This document shows, piece by piece, positions 37,498 to 47,285 of a stretch of 64,000 nucleotides of DNA; the stretch's first letter is position 1, and each line of letters begins with the position of its first letter. The notes below the pieces were generated by a model. It was not told where the DNA came from. It was given only the letters and a program-made list of their open reading frames with translations, and searched no databases. This DNA comes from Candidatus Uhrbacteria bacterium. GTDB taxonomy: Bacteria > Patescibacteriota > Patescibacteriia > UBA9934 > GWF2-40-263. Position numbers and translations under genes: made by a program. Location: positions 24,333-88,332 of the forward strand of contig JAHFIQ010000002.1 of assembly GCA_023246355.1 (NCBI GenBank). Direction: 5' to 3'.

Positions 37498-39516
37498 TTA
37501 GCGCGGTTGGGTGAGGTTCACGGGAAGCGATCCCACGAGCTCCTGCACCTCGGCGAGCTTGCCTTCATCCGTGCGCTTGGCAACCTCCAGATCGAGGAAC
37601 GACCGATCACCTTGAAGGGCGATCCAGATGAGCGCGCGGTCGTGGATGGTCGGCATCTTTTCGATTTCGTCCATGACCGGCCGCAGCATGGCATGGGCGT
37701 CTTCGATGGCAGTGGGCTTCCTCGCCGAGGCACTGTCATCACCTCGCCTTTTCATGATCTCGAGGTTTTGTGCGGCGACCTGGTAGGGATGCGTGAGAGC
37801 ATCCTTGAGTTCCTGTTCGCTCTGTGCGTTGAAGTGGGCGATCTCTGCACGGCGTACGAGGATCTCGGCTTCGATGTAGCGCCGAGCTGTTTCCGGGTTT
37901 CCCTGCTGCAGGGAAAGGTAGCCGGCGTAGGCTCGCAATTGAACCTTTGCGTCTTGTGTGGAGAGGTTTTGCATCTCCAGTGGAAGGGGAAGCAGCAGAG
38001 CGCTGAGCGCTTCTTTCTGGTAACCCGTTCGCTCCAACTCTTCGGCTGTGGCCATCGCCTGTTCGATCTGCGCGAGGGTCATGGTTGAACCTGCTGGCGG
38101 CGTTGGAAGCTTGAGCTCGTTCCAGATCCGCACGAGATCCTGCTGGTTGATCTCGCCGTATCTGAACGCACTGACGGCTTTCACGTCACCACCAGGCACT
38201 CCCAGCAAGGAGCGATCCAGTGCCACGACGTTCTGGTTTTCGTACTCGGTCACAGGCAGTCGTGCGATGAGCGCGAGGTTGTCGCTCCAAGCCGCGATGA
38301 GGTCCTGGTCGCCCAGAGCTTTCACGGCCACATAGAACTGGTAGCTGGGGAGCTTGGTGTAGTTCTCTCCCTTCCAGTCCCAGTACTCTTCGCGGGTTTC
38401 TTCTCTTTTTTGCAGGACGATGGCGCCGGTTGCCCAGCTCCTGGTCTTTCCCAGGTACTTGGCCTTCAGGTCCGGCTCGCCACGCACGAGCGTGTAGAAC
38501 TCCAGAGTGCCTGCGACCATCGAGCCTTCCCCGCCTTCGCCGCACCAGTCCGCGACTGCCACGACGTTGGCGTAGCGGGACTCCAGAAACTCTCGTGCGA
38601 GCTTCATGGCCGCGGCCCGGTCGATACTTGCGAGCTTCACGATGCCTGCCAAGTCCGGCACGGTTTCGTCCGGTCCGTCACAGGAGGCTGCGCGCAGGGT
38701 GTAGGCCTGGCCTTCGCAGGCTTTGATCTCCATGTCTCCCTGACAGGATTTCTGCGCCACTTCGATCCAGTGGGTGATGCGCCGCGCAACCAGCCGGGTT
38801 TTCACGGCTACGTCGCCAGCGGCTTCCAACTGTCGGTCCCACTTGCCACTCTCGAGCTTCCACCCGTAGTGCGTGGCGATCTCGGTGGCGCGGGGAATCT
38901 GCTTGTCCTGGATCGCTCGTCCGATGACGCTTTCCATGCGATCGTACAAAGACAGCTCACGCAACTTGTCCATGGCCAGGTAGAGCTTGTCGTCGTCGCC
39001 GATCTTGTAGGCGAGGATCGCGATGGCGTTCCACTCGACCTTCCGCTCCAGAGCCTTGATGCACCGCTCTACACCGACCTTGTCAGAAAGCGCGGCATAG
39101 TGGAGGCCTGCCTCAAAGTGCTCGCCGGTCGTCTCCAGTTCGCTGGCGGTTGCGGCATTGCCCACGAAGGGTTCGGGATCTGCCGCCGGCGAGCCATAGA
39201 TCCGGTCGCGGGCATCGAGTTTGAAGTCCTCGGGCCAGCCGCTGAGCTGGCTTGGGTCCTCGAGGAACGTCCGAACCGATGCGTCGGTCACGCGGAAGCT
39301 TGCTTCGTATCCGTCCAGGACTTTGGGGTCAGGAGGATTGGAAAGCGAGGTCGCGAGCTCGATGGTGTTCTTCTTCCACGTGTCGACCTCGCCGGGTTCA
39401 TCCAGGCTCACGATGTAATCGGGCTTGGGAGCCGGCGGCCTGGGAGCCACAGGAGGTGCCACGGGTTCTTGCTCACACGCGATCATCAGACTGAAAAGGG
39501 CAAGGATGAGGGTCAT
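37498..39516 (-). CDS. Large lipoprotein (672 aa), hypothetical, high-G+C
   Basis: Signal MTLILALFSLMIAC with lipobox, Pro-rich linker, no known domain recognised. Confidence 0.5.
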   Translation of the reverse strand: MTLILALFSLMIACEQEPVAPPVAPRPPAPKPDYIVSLDEPGEVDTWKKNTIELATSLSNPPDPKVLDGYEASFRVTDASVRTFLEDPSQLSGWPEDFKLDARDRIYGSPAADPEPFVGNAATASELETTGEHFEAGLHYAALSDKVGVERCIKALERKVEWNAIAILAYKIGDDDKLYLAMDKLRELSLYDRMESVIGRAIQDKQIPRATEIATHYGWKLESGKWDRQLEAAGDVAVKTRLVARRITHWIEVAQKSCQGDMEIKACEGQAYTLRAASCDGPDETVPDLAGIVKLASIDRAAAMKLAREFLESRYANVVAVADWCGEGGEGSMVAGTLEFYTLVRGEPDLKAKYLGKTRSWATGAIVLQKREETREEYWDWKGENYTKLPSYQFYVAVKALGDQDLIAAWSDNLALIARLPVTEYENQNVVALDRSLLGVPGGDVKAVSAFRYGEINQQDLVRIWNELKLPTPPAGSTMTLAQIEQAMATAEELERTGYQKEALSALLLPLPLEMQNLSTQDAKVQLRAYAGYLSLQQGNPETARRYIEAEILVRRAEIAHFNAQSEQELKDALTHPYQVAAQNLEIMKRRGDDSASARKPTAIEDAHAMLRPVMDEIEKMPTIHDRALIWIALQGDRSFLDLEVAKRTDEGKLAEVQELVGSLPVNLTQPR

Positions 39517-39642
39517 CCAAGACTCCGGTTGAGAAGTGAATCCCGGTACAGAGCATCAAAATGCCTCTGCACACGAGAGAGAAAGATAGAGGATTTTAGC
39601 TAAAAAGTCAAACGATTTAGGAATGGATCGCCATTTTTGTCA

Positions 39643-40365
39643 TTAAATCACCTCGATTGTCTTTGAAGTAGCAGCCAGGGCGTGAATGTCTGGGTAGCTT
39701 CTTTCGCCGTACAAAAATGGATACACACCGAGCTCTTCGATCAGTTCAAAATTACGAATTCCATGCTCTGGGAGTTTGGTTGATTTTGGGATAGAACCTG
39801 TGACGTGGAAAATGGAACGCTCACGTGCGGGATCTTTTTGATTTTGGATGAGACCCACAATGACGTGATCAACGAGTTTGAGCGCCTCCTCACCGCGGGC
39901 AAAATCAAAATTGAATTCGAGTGAGACTCCTCCTGTGAGCTGGCCTATGAGTGAGCGACCAGCAAGAGGCGGTTCAATGAGTGCTACTTCATGAGTAGGA
40001 AAGAGGTTAATGATTCTTCGACTCTCATCTGAGAGATTGGTCGCGATCGGGACAGCGTCAATGTCTGTGGTCGTGTTGTGAATGTCCAAGACGTACCGAG
40101 ACGATCGAACGCGAGCAAGAAGTTGAGCCGCAAGTCGTTCTTCTTGTGAGCCTTCTGGATGTCCAGGAAATGAACGGTTGAGATCGGTTTCAATAAATCG
40201 TTTGTTCAAGACCATGGCTGGTTCGTTGGCAAGCACAAGCGCCAAGCCGGGATAGGCAGCCAGACGATCAGAGTAGTGTTCAAACAAATCACGTCCGAGT
40301 GTTTCGTCGCCATGAAGGCAACCAACCAACGTGATCAGAGGATTGGGAGGTCCAAGATATTTCAT
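39643..40365 (-). CDS. Succinylglutamate desuccinylase/aspartoacylase (AstE/AspA) family zinc hydrolase
   Basis: LVGCLHGDETLG and RSFPG motifs. Start taken as ATG 40365; the ORF-track extension to 40752 overlaps the upstream GNAT gene. Confidence 0.5.
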   Translation of the reverse strand: MKYLGPPNPLITLVGCLHGDETLGRDLFEHYSDRLAAYPGLALVLANEPAMVLNKRFIETDLNRSFPGHPEGSQEERLAAQLLARVRSSRYVLDIHNTTTDIDAVPIATNLSDESRRIINLFPTHEVALIEPPLAGRSLIGQLTGGVSLEFNFDFARGEEALKLVDHVIVGLIQNQKDPARERSIFHVTGSIPKSTKLPEHGIRNFELIEELGVYPFLYGERSYPDIHALAATSKTIEVI

Positions 40366-40390
40366 AAGAAGGAAAAAGGGATGAGCAAAC

Positions 40391-40987
40391 TCATCCCCGA
40401 GGGAAACGACCAACGCACACCACAGCATCGCCGCGTTCAAAGTCGCAGATGAGATCCCACCAGCGCTGGAGTTTTGGGTCGTGATGCATAGGCTTTGCTC
40501 CGTAGAGCGGTCCGCCATAGAATCCTGCGACCACCGGCGCATCCATGTGAAGCCGCGAAGAGAGCGTCTGAGCCGCGGCGAAGTAGCCTTCGTGCTTGAT
40601 CGTTGGATGCGGGTAGAGCGTGTCGACCCACTTGTGCGCTGCGACCCACATGCGCAGAGATTGGGTTCGCATGCCAAACCATCGTGAGCGCCGTTGTTCT
40701 TGCGCCGCAGCAACAGCTTGAAATGCGATGCCTTTTCCTTGGTGAGATTCACGCAAGATGATCCCGCCTAGGTAGAGGAGGTTTTCGAATCGGTTGAAGA
40801 TCGCAAACCCGACAAGCGTGTCGTCATCCAGGATTGAGAAGACGGTTTGGCCTTCATGTAGGTGAACGTCAACGTCCTGTCGAAGTCCATCGGTTACAGG
40901 CTTCACGAAACCAGAGGAGGCGATCAGCGTTGCAGCATCAACAGGGGGAATCGTTTGAACGAAGCGGATGGGCATGGGGGTCTCCAC
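40391..40987 (-). CDS. GNAT family N-acetyltransferase
   Basis: RESHQGKGIAFQAV acetyl-CoA binding motif (Q/RxxGxG/A). Confidence 0.45.
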   Translation of the reverse strand: METPMPIRFVQTIPPVDAATLIASSGFVKPVTDGLRQDVDVHLHEGQTVFSILDDDTLVGFAIFNRFENLLYLGGIILRESHQGKGIAFQAVAAAQEQRRSRWFGMRTQSLRMWVAAHKWVDTLYPHPTIKHEGYFAAAQTLSSRLHMDAPVVAGFYGGPLYGAKPMHHDPKLQRWWDLICDFERGDAVVCVGRFPRG

Positions 40988-41044
40988 AAAAGAGCGTAGC
41001 GATTCGTCTGGATGCTGTCAAAAAGAAAAGCGAGCGTGGGCTCG

Positions 41045-41515
41045 CTAGAGAGTTGGTGGCAAGGAGATCGTTGAGACGTCCAAGAGGGCCGGCGTCATCA
41101 GGTTCACGAAGAAGACGTAATCCTGAAACGGCGCGGGTTCATAACGCGCCACAGCGTAGGGATCATCTGGGAGGTGAGGAGCACGTCTGTAGATCCGCAT
41201 TTCACGGATGGCGACCGGTCCACCGCGGGGCATCCAGTCCATGTCCACTCGAATGCCGTCCTGATCTGGAGGCAGGGCGAGTTGGACCTCGGCGCAGCGC
41301 AGGAGAGGATCGCGTCCTGTCACGAGCTCTACCGCCGCGTCTACACCTTCACGATTGACCTTGCGAAGGAAGAACAAACGGTCGATGGGGCTTGCGTCTT
41401 CGAGCACCACACAGATTTCGATCTGACGGATGTCGTGCCGTGGCAGATTGCTTTGCTCAGGATTCGGATGGTCAGCGTCGCTGTACGATGGTGAACAAGC
41501 GAACAAGAAGATCAT
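41045..41515 (-). CDS. Small lipoprotein, hypothetical, high-G+C
   Basis: MIFLFACS lipobox. Confidence 0.4.
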   Translation of the reverse strand: MIFLFACSPSYSDADHPNPEQSNLPRHDIRQIEICVVLEDASPIDRLFFLRKVNREGVDAAVELVTGRDPLLRCAEVQLALPPDQDGIRVDMDWMPRGGPVAIREMRIYRRAPHLPDDPYAVARYEPAPFQDYVFFVNLMTPALLDVSTISLPPTL

Positions 41516-42261
41516 GCGGCACCTGTCTGGTTGGCTGTGAGTTCGTCAAAGAGTTGAGTGAGCGGCCGAAGAAGAATGGATCGCAGGATGGATCGCGCCT
41601 CAGGTCCAGGGGCTCGGTAGGTGCCAGTCTCTTGATCGAACTCGATCATGTGACGTTCGATCGCTGCACGACGGTCCAGAACGACCCGCGGGGCAAACGT
41701 CGCGCACAGGGTAATGATTTCTCGAAACGCGAGACCGTGGAAGAAACGCCATACACCATCATCCACAAACCAGAGGAATGCGGCTGCGCTGTCGCGGTCG
41801 ACGATCCGGCCCTTGATGAGCGCGGCGATCACCTCGTTTTCAAATCCTGCGCGCATCATGATGGTCGGCCAGTTAGCAACGGCGGCGCCCTGTGAGAGCA
41901 GCCAGGCAAGCAGTGGGAGACGCTCCTCCTTTGGGAACAGGTTTACCAGTTTTGGCGCTGCAAGAAGTCGTTGGCGAACGACGGCCTGGAAGCGACCAGT
42001 CGTACATTGACGCCTGAGGTACGTGGCGTGAGCCATCTTGATGGCCGCAAAGTCCTCGGGAAAACGGAATACCCATTCGAGTGTTGGTGGCAGTTGCAGC
42101 GTTTGGGATCGCACGATCGTATTGTGCGTGAGATCCTGGAGAAGCGCGTTGTTCAAATGGGCTTCGTTCAGCCGTGCTGTCCTTGCACGAGCACTGAGCG
42201 ATGCCCAGACGGGCCGCACATCAAACATGGTTCGGCCATGGCCCATAAGTACCTCCGACAC
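41512..42261 (-). CDS. Hypothetical protein, high-G+C
   Basis: 249-aa ORF overlapping the downstream gene by 4 nt. Confidence 0.4.
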   Translation of the reverse strand: MSEVLMGHGRTMFDVRPVWASLSARARTARLNEAHLNNALLQDLTHNTIVRSQTLQLPPTLEWVFRFPEDFAAIKMAHATYLRRQCTTGRFQAVVRQRLLAAPKLVNLFPKEERLPLLAWLLSQGAAVANWPTIMMRAGFENEVIAALIKGRIVDRDSAAAFLWFVDDGVWRFFHGLAFREIITLCATFAPRVVLDRRAAIERHMIEFDQETGTYRAPGPEARSILRSILLRPLTQLFDELTANQTGAA

Positions 42262-42335
42262 GAGCCTACCAGAGGATTCAAAAGAAGAACAAGGCCTTTG
42301 GCAGATTGCCGAAGGTTTGATAGGATTTGGGCACT

Positions 42336-43631
42336 ATGCGTTATTCAAAACTTTTCGGAAGGACCTCAAAAGAAGCTCCCCATGACGCGGACTCGGTGAA
42401 CGCACGTTTGCTTGTGCAGGCAGGGTTCATCAATCAGTTGGCCGCCGGCATTTACACGTATCTGCCATTGGGTCTGCGGGTCCTCAGTAAAATTAAAACG
42501 ATCGTACGCGAAGAAATGAATGTCGTTGATGGGCAAGAAGTGCTCATGCCCGCGCTCATTCCCAAGGCGCCATGGGAGGCAACAAAGCGTTGGCATGCGA
42601 TTGATGTGTTGTTCAAGTTGAAAGGCGCAGGGGACAAAGAGTTTGCTTTGGGTCCCACACACGAGGAAGTCGTGACCCCACTGGTGCAGCAGTATGTGAA
42701 GTCGTACAAGGATTTGCCTGTGAGTGTTTACCAGATTCAAGATAAATTTCGCAACGAGGCCCGTGCCAAATCAGGGTTGTTGCGCGGACGAGAGTTTGCG
42801 ATGAAGGACATGTACAGTTTCCATACGTCCCTGCAAGATTTGGAGCAGTATTATGATCGCGTGAAGCAACAGTATCTATCTGTTTTTTCTCGCTGTGGGT
42901 TGAACGCGATTGTGACCGAAGCATCTGGCGGGGTGTTTTCAAAGTATAGCCACGAGTATCAAGTCGCGACGCCTTCAGGAGAGGATCTGATCTATCAATG
43001 TGACCAATGTCATTGGGCGGTGAATCGAGAAATTGCTGAGGTGAAGGATGGGGATGTGTGTCCCACGTGCACAAAAGGATCGATCCATGAAATCAAAGCC
43101 ATCGAAGTCGGGAATATTTTTAAGTTGTCCACGCGGTTTGCGGATGACTTCGGATTTCATGTGACACTCGAGGACGGGAGCGCGGGTCAAGTTTGGATGG
43201 GTTGTTACGGTTTTGGTCCATCACGGGTGATGGGATCGATTGTGGAAGTGCATCACGATGATGTGGGGATGATCTGGCCCAAGTCGGTTGCGCCCTATCA
43301 CGTACATCTGGTCTCACTTTCGCACAAAGATGAGAGTGTGCAGAGTAGAATCGATGAAGCGGCACAGGAATTGCACGACGAGCTCACGGCTTCTGGTGTG
43401 GAAGTATTGTGGGACGACCGGGAAGATGTTCGAGCCGGAGAAAAATTTGCGGATGCGGATTTGATCGGCATTCCTCTACGTCTGGTGGTGAGCGAGAAGA
43501 CGCTCAAAGAAGAAGCGGTCGAATGGAAAGCGCGTCACGAGAAAGACACACGATTGGTAAGGATCGACGAGATAGGAGACGAAGTGACAGCCTGGTTGGC
43601 AGCGCCCGAGAGACTGACGTCACATGGATAG
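42336..43631 (+). CDS. proS: Prolyl-tRNA synthetase (short, archaeal/eukaryote-like type without INS domain)
   Basis: MRYSKLFGRT..., class II motifs, about 431 aa; hairpin terminator at 43638-43670. Confidence 0.85.
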   Translation: MRYSKLFGRTSKEAPHDADSVNARLLVQAGFINQLAAGIYTYLPLGLRVLSKIKTIVREEMNVVDGQEVLMPALIPKAPWEATKRWHAIDVLFKLKGAGDKEFALGPTHEEVVTPLVQQYVKSYKDLPVSVYQIQDKFRNEARAKSGLLRGREFAMKDMYSFHTSLQDLEQYYDRVKQQYLSVFSRCGLNAIVTEASGGVFSKYSHEYQVATPSGEDLIYQCDQCHWAVNREIAEVKDGDVCPTCTKGSIHEIKAIEVGNIFKLSTRFADDFGFHVTLEDGSAGQVWMGCYGFGPSRVMGSIVEVHHDDVGMIWPKSVAPYHVHLVSLSHKDESVQSRIDEAAQELHDELTASGVEVLWDDREDVRAGEKFADADLIGIPLRLVVSEKTLKEEAVEWKARHEKDTRLVRIDEIGDEVTAWLAAPERLTSHG

Positions 43632-43732
43632 CATCATGAAAAAGGCGGGGCTACCAGGCCCCGCTTTTTTGTGATTCAAAACGAAAACCCGCCGAAGGTG
43701 GGCGGGCGAGGAGGATGAGCGAGTTGCCGTGG

Positions 43733-44245
43733 TTACTTCCAGTTGAAGAACTGGCGGACGGCCTCGGTATGTGTGGAGAAGCACAGTTCGGTCGGTTCCC
43801 AGATGAGGACGCGTTCACTGGTTTCCGTGTTGGGACGGAACGGTGGAAGGTCTCGGACGTGGACCGGCGTGGCGATCGAGAACAGCAGAACGCGCAAGTT
43901 GTTGCTGGAGCTCGCGTAGGGGAACGGCTTGAATGGGATGAGCACGGTGCTTGAAAATTCAGCAACGCCCTCTTCCCAAAGTTCGCGTCCAGCACCGACG
44001 TACCATGGTTCGATTTCGAGGAACCCTCCAGGCAGGGCGAGCTCTCCCACGCACGGCGGGATGGCTCGGCGGATGACGACCAGACCCTTGCGTCTGTCTT
44101 CGCCTAGCACCGGTTGCAGTACCACGACCACTGGCACCGGGTTGTCCCAGAACTGGTTGCCGCAGGATGGGCACACGCGCGGGTAGGCATTGCCTTCAAA
44201 GTATCGTCCACAGCAGCTTGAGCACTGATCGCGTCTGTTACTCAC
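43733..44245 (-). CDS. NUDIX hydrolase with N-terminal zinc ribbon (NudC-like)
   Basis: CSSCCGRY...CPSCGN zinc ribbon plus Nudix box GGFLEIEPWYVGAGRELWEEGV; G+C-rich. Confidence 0.55.
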   Translation of the reverse strand: MSNRRDQCSSCCGRYFEGNAYPRVCPSCGNQFWDNPVPVVVVLQPVLGEDRRKGLVVIRRAIPPCVGELALPGGFLEIEPWYVGAGRELWEEGVAEFSSTVLIPFKPFPYASSSNNLRVLLFSIATPVHVRDLPPFRPNTETSERVLIWEPTELCFSTHTEAVRQFFNWK

Positions 44246-44330
44246 AACTCACTCCAGGGTGGGGACACTTAATCAGAAAGATCGCTTTTTGGCAAGAGAA
44301 AACCCACCGCGTCATCGGTGGGAAGAGAAC

Positions 44331-45032
44331 CTAGTCTTGACCAGGTCGGTACGTGTGGCCGCGGCGGGCACAGGCCTTGCCGTTGCACTGACGCGCGTGG
44401 TTTTTGTCATGCTCGGCTTCCAGCTCTGCCGCACGACTCTGTGTCCACAGCTTGGCAGCGTCCTCGGTTTTGTGAAGACGCAGAAGCGAGCAGGTGAGGC
44501 GACTGATCTCATGTTCACGTCCGTCGTCCGGCTTCCAGAGATGGAAGGTCATGGGCACAGCCGCATCGGGATCGGGAAACAGGACGCCGAATTGGTGCCA
44601 AGAAACACAGACGAAGTCTTCGACGAACGTCGCGATCTGCATGCGGCGCTCGTCAGGATCGTGTTTGAACGACGCTTCGCCAACCTGTGTTTGGACGAAG
44701 GACAGGTGATCGTCCAGCACACGGAATTCCTCGCCAGCTTTCACAAGCCTCACCCGGAAGGTACATGCCTCCATGTCCAGGCCTGGCGCTGCCGCAGCAA
44801 CGGCGACCTTGGGCGGTGCATAGGGCTGTCCGAAGTGGCCGCGGGTGTAGCCTGCCATGGATCCCATCGTGGAGAGTTCGATCACTCCCAGCCAGGCCAA
44901 GGCCGTCTCTCGCGCTTTGCGAGGATTGCCATAGAGACGGTCGTATTCGACCCTTGCTGTGATGGTTGCCCAGCGAAGTTGGGCAGCGATGAATTCCTCG
45001 CGCGGCGGTTCAGCTTGCTTGGAGTCAGCCAT
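44331..45032 (-). CDS. Hypothetical protein with C-terminal Cys/His cluster, high-G+C
   Basis: Start taken at MADSKQAEPP; ends ...HARQCNGKACARRGH. Confidence 0.4.
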   Translation of the reverse strand: MADSKQAEPPREEFIAAQLRWATITARVEYDRLYGNPRKARETALAWLGVIELSTMGSMAGYTRGHFGQPYAPPKVAVAAAAPGLDMEACTFRVRLVKAGEEFRVLDDHLSFVQTQVGEASFKHDPDERRMQIATFVEDFVCVSWHQFGVLFPDPDAAVPMTFHLWKPDDGREHEISRLTCSLLRLHKTEDAAKLWTQSRAAELEAEHDKNHARQCNGKACARRGHTYRPGQD

Positions 45033-45143
45033 GGAATATCCTCGGTGCACTTCAAGCATGATCCTTGGATGAAAACTTCAACAGAGACTTTGACGTCGAA
45101 AACGTCGTCAAAACAAAAAACTGGCCTGAGCCAGTTTTTATCT

Positions 45144-45434
45144 CTAGATGCTACGCTTTCCTTTGAGAGTATCCTTCAGCGCTTTTCCAGCCTTGAACTT
45201 GGGAACCAACACAGAGGGGATTTCGATTTTTTCCGTTGGTTTTTGCGGGTTCACACCAATGCGGCCTTTTCGTGTTCGAGAAGAGAAGGTGCCAAAGCCA
45301 GCGATCGTGACTTCCTCACCGGCCACCAGGGCCTTGGTTACAATCTCTTCAAACGCAGCGATAAAATCTTCGCCGAGTTTTTTGGAGACGTCAGTTTTTT
45401 CCGCAATGCGTTGAGCGAGATCAGCTTTGTTCAT
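45144..45434 (-). CDS. hup: HU family DNA-binding protein
   Basis: MNKADLAQRIAEKTDVSKK...GFGTF...RTGRNPQ-like arm. Confidence 0.8.
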   Translation of the reverse strand: MNKADLAQRIAEKTDVSKKLGEDFIAAFEEIVTKALVAGEEVTIAGFGTFSSRTRKGRIGVNPQKPTEKIEIPSVLVPKFKAGKALKDTLKGKRSI

Positions 45435-45450
45435 ATGGGGAGGTGAACGA

Positions 45451-45533
45451 GGTGGAATAGGTAGATAAGGTGGACGAGGTTTGAAATCCGGAATTCGGAA
45501 CTACCTTATCCACCTAGTCTACCCTTTCCACCT
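45451..45533. promoter_or_regulatory. Long imperfect inverted repeat between rny and hup
   Basis: ggtggaataggtagataaggtggacgaggt ... tccggaattcgga ... accttatccacctagtctaccctttccacc. Confidence 0.35.
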
Positions 45534-45545
45534 TAGTCGTCAATC

Positions 45546-47111
45546 TTACTTCGCGAATTCGATCACACGTGTTTCGCGAATGACGGTCACTTTTACTTCC
45601 CCAGGATAGGAAAGTTCGGCTTCGATTTTGTTGGCGACTTCGCGGGCAAGGCGATAGGCCGTGAGGTCATCAATTTTTTCTGGTTGCACGAAGACACGCA
45701 CTTCGCGTCCGGCTTGGATCGCATAGACTTTTTCCACACCTTCAAAACTTCCAGCCGTGCGTTCAAGGTCTTCCATGCGCTGAATGAACTGCTCAAGACT
45801 GGCCTTGCGTGCACCAGGTCGTGCTCCTGAGATAGCATCAGCGGCTTTGACCACCGCGCCCTCAATGGTGCGAGGTCGGTCTTCATGGTGCGCGATCGAT
45901 TGGTAGCACAACTCTTCGGAGAACCCGAATTTTTTCATGATGTTGTAGCCGATTTCTGGATGCGCGCCTTGCATGTCATGGTCAACGGCTTTTCCAATGT
46001 CGTGGAAGAGCCCACCTTTTTTACACACAAACACATCTGCGCCGACTTCCTCCGCGATCATGCCAGCGATCGTTCCTACTTCGATGGAGTGTTGGAGCGC
46101 GTTTTGTCCGTAGCTCGTACGATACTTCATGCGTCCCAAAATAGACGTGAGTTTTGGATCGATAGAAGAAACAGGAATGCCGAGTTGATACAGCGCGTCT
46201 TCACCTGCCTTGCGCAGGTCAGCGGCGATGGTCTTTTTGGCGTTGCCGATGGCCTCTTCAATGCGAGCAGGTTGAATGCGACCGTCTTTGATCAGTTCTT
46301 CCAAGGCCCGCTTGGCGACTTGCCGGCGGATTGGGGAGAAGCCTGAGATCGTGATCATGTTTGGCGTGTCGTCCACGATGATTTCTGTTCCTGTTTGCAA
46401 TTCGATCGCCTTGATGTTGCGTCCTTCCTTTCCGATGATGCGGCCCTTCATTTCATCGTTGGGAAGTTCTACTTGTGAGGTGGTGGTGTCTGTGCACACT
46501 GATGAGGCAAAACGCGTCATGGCAAGAGACAAAATTTTTCTCCCCTTGATTTCTAATTCCTCTTCATTCACCTGTTCCAGTTTGCGCAAACGACTCATGA
46601 GCGCTTCCTGAGCATCAAGTTCGATTTCCTTGAGAAGCTTTGCCTCTGCCTGCTCACGGGTGAGCCCGGCGACTTCCTGGAGTTTCGCCACTTGAGCCTC
46701 TTTCAATTCTTGGATCTGTGATTTCACGACCTCGATTTCTTTTGTACGCTCCTCGAGTTTGGTTTTCTTCTCTTCAATCTCAAGAAGTTTCGCGTCGAAC
46801 ATGGTCTCGCGTTTTTCCAGTCGTCGTTGCTGGTCCTGAAGATCACGGTGACGGGACTGTTCTTCTTGCTTGGCTTCCTCGATAATCTTCAGCGATTTTT
46901 CTTTGGCTTGAATCAACAGTTCTTGTTCTTGATTCTTTGCCACTTGTAAAAGCTCTTGCTGTTTCTCTTTTGCTTCGGAGAGCATTTTTTCGACTTTCGA
47001 CTCTGCATCTCCCGCCAGGCGCTTGGCCATGGCTTTGCGGGCCGCGTAGCCGATCGCCCCTCCCACTAGGAGCGTGACAGCGGCTGTGATCAGGGTAAAT
47101 GGTGTGAACAT
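45546..47111 (-). CDS. rny: Ribonuclease Y
   Basis: N-terminal TM, coiled coil, KH domain, HD domain (HSIEVG...HDIGK). Confidence 0.85.
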   Translation of the reverse strand: MFTPFTLITAAVTLLVGGAIGYAARKAMAKRLAGDAESKVEKMLSEAKEKQQELLQVAKNQEQELLIQAKEKSLKIIEEAKQEEQSRHRDLQDQQRRLEKRETMFDAKLLEIEEKKTKLEERTKEIEVVKSQIQELKEAQVAKLQEVAGLTREQAEAKLLKEIELDAQEALMSRLRKLEQVNEEELEIKGRKILSLAMTRFASSVCTDTTTSQVELPNDEMKGRIIGKEGRNIKAIELQTGTEIIVDDTPNMITISGFSPIRRQVAKRALEELIKDGRIQPARIEEAIGNAKKTIAADLRKAGEDALYQLGIPVSSIDPKLTSILGRMKYRTSYGQNALQHSIEVGTIAGMIAEEVGADVFVCKKGGLFHDIGKAVDHDMQGAHPEIGYNIMKKFGFSEELCYQSIAHHEDRPRTIEGAVVKAADAISGARPGARKASLEQFIQRMEDLERTAGSFEGVEKVYAIQAGREVRVFVQPEKIDDLTAYRLAREVANKIEAELSYPGEVKVTVIRETRVIEFAK

Positions 47112-47285
47112 AAAACTTCTCTGCTTAGGAGAAGCTTCACGAAAGAATCGAGATGTCGAAAAAGGATTACATCAATAAGCCAGCCTGTGGTTGGCGAATG
47201 TGCTGATATGCAAGCAGAGTGAAAGCGATAGATTGCATAGGGATCCTTTTGTCTCGGTCGTCTTTGTGAGCTTCTTCCAGTTGAA

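Noticed and set aside
40366-40752. N-terminal extension of the AstE-like ORF (39643-40752)
   Set aside because: It overlaps the GNAT gene in a different frame, and its composition is junk-like (Ser/Arg/Thr-rich). The conserved domain begins near MKYLGPPNP at 40365.
42262-42335. T-box or other leader riboswitch upstream of proS
   Set aside because: The leader is only about 75 nt, too short for a T-box, and no specifier or antiterminator motifs are present.
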